Shown piece by piece: positions 58,812-64,000 of a DNA stretch of 64,000 nucleotides. This DNA is from Candidatus Aminicenantes bacterium. Lineage in GTDB: Bacteria > Acidobacteriota > Aminicenantia > Aminicenantales > UBA4085. The DNA lies in contig JAPKZG010000092.1 of assembly GCA_026393895.1 (NCBI GenBank), positions 6,246 to 70,245 of the forward strand. The letters run 5' to 3'. Position 1 is the first letter of the stretch. Each line of letters starts with the position of its first letter. Below the pieces are notes generated by a model. That model was not told the DNA's origin, ran no database searches, and saw only the letters and a program-made list of their open reading frames with translations. The translations under genes and the position numbers were made by a program.

Positions 58812-59786
58812 ATGACACGCGGCCTCGATCTTTCCATCATCGTTCCCGTTTATAACGAGGAAAAAAACCTCCGGCAACTCTATGAGGAAATCACGGCCGC
58901 CGGTAAAAAATTGAACCGGACGTATGAAATCATCCTGGTTGACGACGGCAGCCGGGACGGATCTCTGGCGGTTTTGCGGGCCATCCAGGCCTCCGACGCC
59001 CGGGTCCGAATCTTCCGGCTGCGCAAGAATTTCGGTCAGACGGCCGCCCTTTCGGCCGGTTTCGACAACGCCCGGGGCGAAATCATCGTCACCCTGGACT
59101 CCGACCTGGAAAACGACCCCAACGATATCGGCCTTCTCGTCCAGAAAATCGAAGAAGGATACGACCTCGTCAGCGGCTGGCGAAAAAAACGCTGGAAACG
59201 CCATTTTTTCACCCGGCGGTTGCCCTCGCTCACGGCCAATTGGCTGATTTCCCGCATCACCAAGGTCCACCTCCGGGATTACGGCTGCACGCTGAAAGCT
59301 TTTCGCCGTGAAGTCATCAAAAACATCCACCTCTATGGGGAAATGCACCGGTTCATCCCGGCCATTGCCGCGACGATCGGGGTTTCCATTGCCGAGGTTC
59401 CGGTGAATTTCAGGCCGCGCATCCACGGCAAGTCCAAATACGGCTTTTCCCGGTCCATCCGGGTATTTCTCGACCTTCTGACCGTGAAATTTCTCCTCAA
59501 TTACGCCACCCGCCCCCTCCAGATCTTCGGGTTGATGGGCCTCATATCGGGCGCGGCCGGCCTGGTCATAGGCCTGATCCTGTCCTACCAACGGCTGGTG
59601 CTCAAGGTGGGAATCGGCAACCGGCCGCTCCTGCTGCTTGCCATCCTGCTCCTGGTCGTCGGATTCCAATTCGTGACGATGGGTCTTTTGGGCGAAATCA
59701 TGGTCCGGACCTATCACGAAGCGGTCGAAAAGCACATCTACGTCGTCCGCGAGGTTATCGAATCTCCATCCTCCGAAACCGAGTGA
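58812..59786 (+). CDS. GT2 glycosyltransferase (ArnC/DPM-like) with C-terminal TM segments
   Basis: VPVYNEE, VDDGS.D, NFGQTAA, D.DLENDP, GEMHRFIP. Confidence 0.92.
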   Translation: MTRGLDLSIIVPVYNEEKNLRQLYEEITAAGKKLNRTYEIILVDDGSRDGSLAVLRAIQASDARVRIFRLRKNFGQTAALSAGFDNARGEIIVTLDSDLENDPNDIGLLVQKIEEGYDLVSGWRKKRWKRHFFTRRLPSLTANWLISRITKVHLRDYGCTLKAFRREVIKNIHLYGEMHRFIPAIAATIGVSIAEVPVNFRPRIHGKSKYGFSRSIRVFLDLLTVKFLLNYATRPLQIFGLMGLISGAAGLVIGLILSYQRLVLKVGIGNRPLLLLAILLLVVGFQFVTMGLLGEIMVRTYHEAVEKHIYVVREVIESPSSETE

Positions 59787-59796
59787 GCCCGTCGCG

Positions 59797-60963
59797 ATGA
59801 AAATCCTGATGCTCGCCCCGGAGCCTTTCTTTCAACCCCGGGGCACGCCGATCAGCGTTTATTTCCGGCTGAAAGCTCTATCCGACTTGGGCCATTCCGT
59901 CGACCTGGTCACGTATCCGCGCGGTGCGGACGTCCCCTTCCCAGGCCTGACGATCAAGCGCGTTCCCAACCTGCCCGGGATCAACCCGAGTAAAATCGGC
60001 CCCTCTTTCGTCAAGCTTCCTCTGGACGCGCAGATATTTTTCTCGGCCTTCGGAAAGCTTGTCCGGAACCGCTATGATCTCATCTTTTCCCATGAGGAGG
60101 CGGCGTTCCTCGGCGTTCTTCTCGGAAAGATGTTTCGCACGCCGCATCTTTACGACATGCATTCGAGCCTCCCTCAACAGCTCGACAACTTCAATTTCTC
60201 GCGTTCATCGCTTCTCAAGTCCGCGTTTCTCCGGATGGAGCGGAGGATCCTCAAGGGATCGCGCTCCGTCATCGTCATCTGCCGCGACCTGCTCGATTAC
60301 GTCCGCGGGCTGGGTTTCGGCGAAAAAGCCGTTTTTCTCGAAAACATCCTGGATTTCAACGATTTCGACCCGGCGCCTCCGGGTCCGGAAGCGATCGCGT
60401 CCGCCCGCCGCGAAATTTCGGCATACGGCGAAAAAATCGTCCTGTACACGGGAAACTTCGAATCCTACCAAGGCGTGCCGCTTCTCATCGAATCCTTCGG
60501 CCGGATGAAGGAACGGGCGATTCTCCTGATTGTCGGAGGATCGAAGACGGACCACGATCCCGCCCGAAAGCGGGCGGCCGAACTCGGCTTCGCCGACCGG
60601 ATCGTCCTCGTGGAAAAAGTTCCGCCCCAGCGGGTGCCGGTCTACATCGGCCTCAGCGACGTTCTCGTTTCGCCCCGCGTTTCAGGGACGAACACGCCGC
60701 TCAAGATCTACGCCTATTTGAAATCGGGGAAGCCCATCGTGGCTACCGACCTCTGGACGAATTCCCAGGTCCTGACCGAAGAAATCGCGGTGCTCGCGCC
60801 GCCGGAACCGGAAAAATTCGGCGCCGCCCTGGATTTCGCCCTGATATCCGAGGAGGCCCGCCGCCGCGCCCGCGCCGGGGCGGAGATGGCCGCCCGGGAA
60901 TACACCTACCCGCGCTACCAGGAAAAAATCACCGAAGCGATCGAAAGGGCCGCCCGGCGATGA
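59797..60963 (+). CDS. GT4 glycosyltransferase
   Basis: YTGNF..YQG, SPR..GTNTPLKIY.Y..SGKP. Confidence 0.9.
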   Translation: MKILMLAPEPFFQPRGTPISVYFRLKALSDLGHSVDLVTYPRGADVPFPGLTIKRVPNLPGINPSKIGPSFVKLPLDAQIFFSAFGKLVRNRYDLIFSHEEAAFLGVLLGKMFRTPHLYDMHSSLPQQLDNFNFSRSSLLKSAFLRMERRILKGSRSVIVICRDLLDYVRGLGFGEKAVFLENILDFNDFDPAPPGPEAIASARREISAYGEKIVLYTGNFESYQGVPLLIESFGRMKERAILLIVGGSKTDHDPARKRAAELGFADRIVLVEKVPPQRVPVYIGLSDVLVSPRVSGTNTPLKIYAYLKSGKPIVATDLWTNSQVLTEEIAVLAPPEPEKFGAALDFALISEEARRRARAGAEMAAREYTYPRYQEKITEAIERAARR

Positions 60964-61929
60964 ACGCGTTTGTCACCGGGGGATCAGGATTCGTCGGAAG
61001 CCGTCTTTGCGGCGCATTGGCGGCCGCGGGTTGGAAAGTCAAAGCGTTCGACCTCCGGCCGCGAAGCGACGTTTCCGCCGGCATCGAATTTTATTTCCGG
61101 CGACATCTGCGACGCCGCGCTCCTTGAAAAAGCCGTGGCCGGAACCGATGTGGTTTTCCACCTGGCCGCGGCTCTCGGCGCGTCCCGCCTCAGTCCCGAA
61201 GAGTTCATGGCCGTCAACGCCGGCGGAACCCGGGTGATCATGGAAGCCGCCCGGAAAAACAGCGTCCGCCGGGTCGTGCATTTCAGCTCGGCCGGCGTTC
61301 TGGGGCACGTCAAGCCCGGAGACGTCGCCGACGAACGGTATCCTCTCGATCCCCGCGACGTCTACGACAAAACCAAGCTCGCCGGCGAACGGGCCGCTCT
61401 GGAATTCGCCGCCGCGGGCCTGGACGTCGTGGTTATCCGGCCGGGTTGGGTTTACGGGCCGGGAGACCGCCGGACTCTCAAGCTCGTCCGGTCGATCGCC
61501 CGCGGACGGTTCCTGTTTCCCGGCAAGGGCGGAACACTCCAGTCCCCGACGTTCATCGACGACCTGGTCTCAGGAACCGTGCTTTGCGCGGACCGCGGCC
61601 GGGCGGGCGAAATCTACAATATCGCCGGAAAAGAAGCCCTGACCGTGCGGCAAATGGCCGAAACGATCGCCGCGGCCGTGGAAAAAAAGTTGCCCCGTTT
61701 CCACCTGCCGATGGGTCCCACCCGGGCGGCGGCCTGGACGATGGGAAAGGCGTTCGGGCTGGTGGGCCGGGAAGCTCCTCTCAATCCCTCCCGGCTCGCG
61801 TTTTTCGTCCATCCGAAAGCGCTCAAAATCAACAAGGCCCAAGTGGAACTCGGGTTCGTCCCGGGCGTCGATTTCGTCGAGGGAATGGCCCGGACGGTCG
61901 CCTGGTATCGGGCCGCCGGATGGATATAA
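60960..61929 (+). pseudogene. NAD-dependent epimerase/dehydratase with a +1 frameshift near 61089-61092
   Basis: MNAFVTGGSGFVG starts at 60960 (ATGA overlap), but FHLAA/YDKTK/RPGWVYGPGD lie in the next frame; there is an extra T in GAATTTTATT. Confidence 0.8.
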
Positions 61930-61955
61930 GGCGTTTCAGCCCCGCTCCGCGGCAT

Positions 61956-62131
61956 TTAAAAGACGCAATAAATGCACCGCTTCGGGGACGTACGCCCGAT
62001 TTCCGCTTGCCTGAGAGCAAAGGCGATCTGCTCTTCCGTGAACTTCGACGTCTTCATTAACAAAACCTCCTTTCAGAGATTTTGCCAGAAAACTCACATT
62101 ATGTCTGGACCGTTTTTATGGGATGAGGTCC
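61956..62131 (-). mobile_element. IS3-family (IS407-group-like) left-end remnant
   Basis: IRL-like GACCTCATCCCATAAAAACGGTCCAG, AGGAGG RBS, then MKTSKFTEEQIAFALRQAE.G (OrfA start) truncated after ~21 codons. Confidence 0.8.
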
Positions 62132-62235
62132 TAACCAGTCTCTCGGTTACCTGACGCCTCATGAGTTTTACCAGAACTGGTTAAACCAGAATCATCAATC
62201 AAGGAGTCACTAATCCACTGGACGAGTTCATGGAC

Positions 62236-62265
62236 TTGACATCGATCTTGGCCTTAATTTATGAT
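62236..62265 (+). promoter_or_regulatory. sigma70-type promoter of the low-GC operon
   Basis: TTGACA-N18-TATGAT. Confidence 0.6.
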
Positions 62266-62374
62266 ATCAGCAAAAGACGGGATGGGTGACTAGCGAAATG
62301 ACCACGGAGAGAGATACCATCACGGTTTATCAACGAAATGCCGTCGCACGAGATGTCTGCCCGAGGAAGACCGC

Positions 62375-62995
62375 ATGAAACTCATAGAAGATCTTAAAAC
62401 GATTAATAACCTTGATGATGATCAATTTGCGGCTTTCCTTACGAACATCAATAGCAACGAACTTTTGTCATTTAAGGGTTTGTCTGATTTTGAGGCATTT
62501 TGTACTTTAAAAAATATAAAGTTTGATGATGCCAAAACAATTGTCAGAGTTCTGAATTTCGTTTTTGATTTAGTAATCCAAAAAAGAGATGTCTCCACGG
62601 CCCTAATATATTTTGAAAATACCTTTATTGAACCAGCAAAGAAGGACTTAGATGTATTACGCGCCTGGACACGAATTAAGGATAACATAAACAATCTACC
62701 TTCTTTTTACTTGTTTAGAAAAAGATATAAGCTACGCAATATATTACCTGGTCTCGGAGAGTTTAACGTTATCTGTGATGCCCGCCCAATATATGACTCA
62801 GCAAAAACAATTATAGATTACCTTTTTCCAATGATTCTTAAAATTAAAACCGATGACGACGAGGATTTAATTTGTGAAATCGACGAAGAAGACTTATCTG
62901 CAATAGAAACTGAAATAGCATATGCGAAGCTTAAACTCTCAAACTTAAGATCAACGCTTAAAGGCAATTCGCAGAAAGGTAATCCCAACGGATAG
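62375..62995 (+). CDS. Low-GC hypothetical protein, candidate prokaryotic COMMD-like
   Basis: 206 aa; helical N-terminal half; C-terminal LPGL..F....D.RP....P.ILKI......L..E.....L..I...I pattern resembling a COMM domain. Confidence 0.55.
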   Translation: MKLIEDLKTINNLDDDQFAAFLTNINSNELLSFKGLSDFEAFCTLKNIKFDDAKTIVRVLNFVFDLVIQKRDVSTALIYFENTFIEPAKKDLDVLRAWTRIKDNINNLPSFYLFRKRYKLRNILPGLGEFNVICDARPIYDSAKTIIDYLFPMILKIKTDDDEDLICEIDEEDLSAIETEIAYAKLKLSNLRSTLKGNSQKGNPNG

Positions 62996-62999
62996 TACC

Positions 63000-63287
63000 A
63001 TGGTATCGGGACTCACCAAACTGTTTGAAGCGATCCAAGCTTTGTTCATTTTAATATCTAAAGACAAGAATCTTGTTAATATATTCCAGTTATTGATTGT
63101 ACTGTTTTTTCTCTGGTTGGTTTTTATAATTGGCTATAAGGTTTTTTCTGTTATAATGAAACGGAAAGATAGATTTATGTGCAGATCTTGTTTTACGGAT
63201 TCACAAAAGCGCTTTTCGGACTTAGCTGAAGTATTGAAGAAAAATACTAGCGCGATTGAACAAATCAACAGGCAAAGAGGATTATAA
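63000..63287 (+). CDS. Low-GC small membrane protein (one TM segment + CxxC)
   Basis: Hydrophobic segment, CRSC, helical tail; starts 4 nt after the previous stop. Confidence 0.65.
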   Translation: MVSGLTKLFEAIQALFILISKDKNLVNIFQLLIVLFFLWLVFIIGYKVFSVIMKRKDRFMCRSCFTDSQKRFSDLAEVLKKNTSAIEQINRQRGL

Positions 63288-63288
63288 T

Positions 63289-63663
63289 ATGTATATTCTA
63301 ATCGGTTTTGGGGTCATTATTGCCCTTGCCTCGTCGCTATTAAAAGTTAAACATGAGATTAAGAAATCTCGTGAGATGTACAAAGAGTTTGATGAGGCAA
63401 TGGAGCAAAATACGAGGGCTTTTAGTCAACTTAATGAGACTCAATTAGTTCAAATTCAAGAGGGTACCATATCCCGCTCAGATGCACGATTGATTGAACT
63501 CTATTTAGAAAGGCATTATCGGCCACTTCCAATTCTTGAGCGTAGTCGTACTGAGTTACGCCATATGTCTTATTGGGAATCACTGGAACCAAGATATGAG
63601 CGAACCCCTCACGAGTCACTCTTTAATAACAAACTAGAGTACTGCGAATCAATGGCCAGCTAG
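63289..63663 (+). CDS. Low-GC small N-anchored membrane protein with coiled coil
   Basis: MYILIGFGVIIALASSLL N-terminal TM segment; RBS AGAGGA; starts 1 nt after the previous stop. Confidence 0.65.
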   Translation: MYILIGFGVIIALASSLLKVKHEIKKSREMYKEFDEAMEQNTRAFSQLNETQLVQIQEGTISRSDARLIELYLERHYRPLPILERSRTELRHMSYWESLEPRYERTPHESLFNNKLEYCESMAS

Positions 63664-63699
63664 GTGTTATTCTTCCGATACTGAGAAAGACTTCCCTTC

Positions 63700-64000
63700 T
63701 CAGCCGTCTATCTCTACGAAGCGCGTCATCCGCCTTCGCCGGATAATCATGTCGGGCATAGTTTCAGTCAGGACTCGCTTTTAACAAACCGCAACACGCA
63801 CGTCAGGCAATCGGAGTCTTCGTATTCGATGCCGAGCTTCCAGCCGGCGGCCGCGGCCCTATCCTTCCAGATGATCTCGAATATCCGGCGGTAATCCTCG
63901 AACGGGATCTGTCCCTTTAGATGCCCCGACTGTTTGTAGAGAGCGAAAAACTGCGCTTTGAGCCGGACGACGGCCTCGCGGTCCGTCAGGCTTTCAAGAG
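63700..64000 (-). CDS. Hypothetical protein, 3' end (partial)
   Basis: Open frame LESLTDREAVVRL..IFEIIWKDRAAAAGW.. to TGA at 63700; host-like GC. Confidence 0.6.

Overview
GC-rich bacterial chromosomal segment, mostly core genome. The gene repertoire (GWxTD proteins, an Oar-type TonB-dependent receptor, an F1 plus b/b' atp operon without a/c) suggests an Acidobacteriota-like diderm such as Ca. Aminicenantes; this is inference only. Core genes: aspS-hisS-accA, rlmB, carAB, an envC/S41/yibQ-like cluster, PPIases-mfd, a wzm/wzt-glycosyltransferase locus, atpF'FHAGDC, folC-accD and further glycosyltransferases. Main highlights: (1) a spermidine synthase fused to two tandem SpeD-like domains that split the catalytic residues between them, as the eukaryotic AdoMetDC halves do; (2) a four-cassette integron array with four attC sites, an attI-like junction and a Pc-like promoter but no integrase, carrying PD-(D/E)XK, HEPN, DUF6414-like and small membrane cassettes; (3) a low-GC three-gene operon next to an IS3 remnant whose first gene resembles a prokaryotic COMMD protein; (4) three GWxTD paralogues around a TBDR, with perfect sigma54 motifs on the TBDR and on a TPR gene; (5) a probably inactive S41 pseudo-protease, a split radical SAM/SPASM pair, a duplicated 66-bp promoter and two long non-coding hairpins; (6) three lesions that may be assembly errors (atpF' deletion/fusion, hisS motif-2 R-to-H, epimerase frameshift). 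No tRNA, rRNA or CRISPR array was recognised. All calls are by eye; no searches were run.
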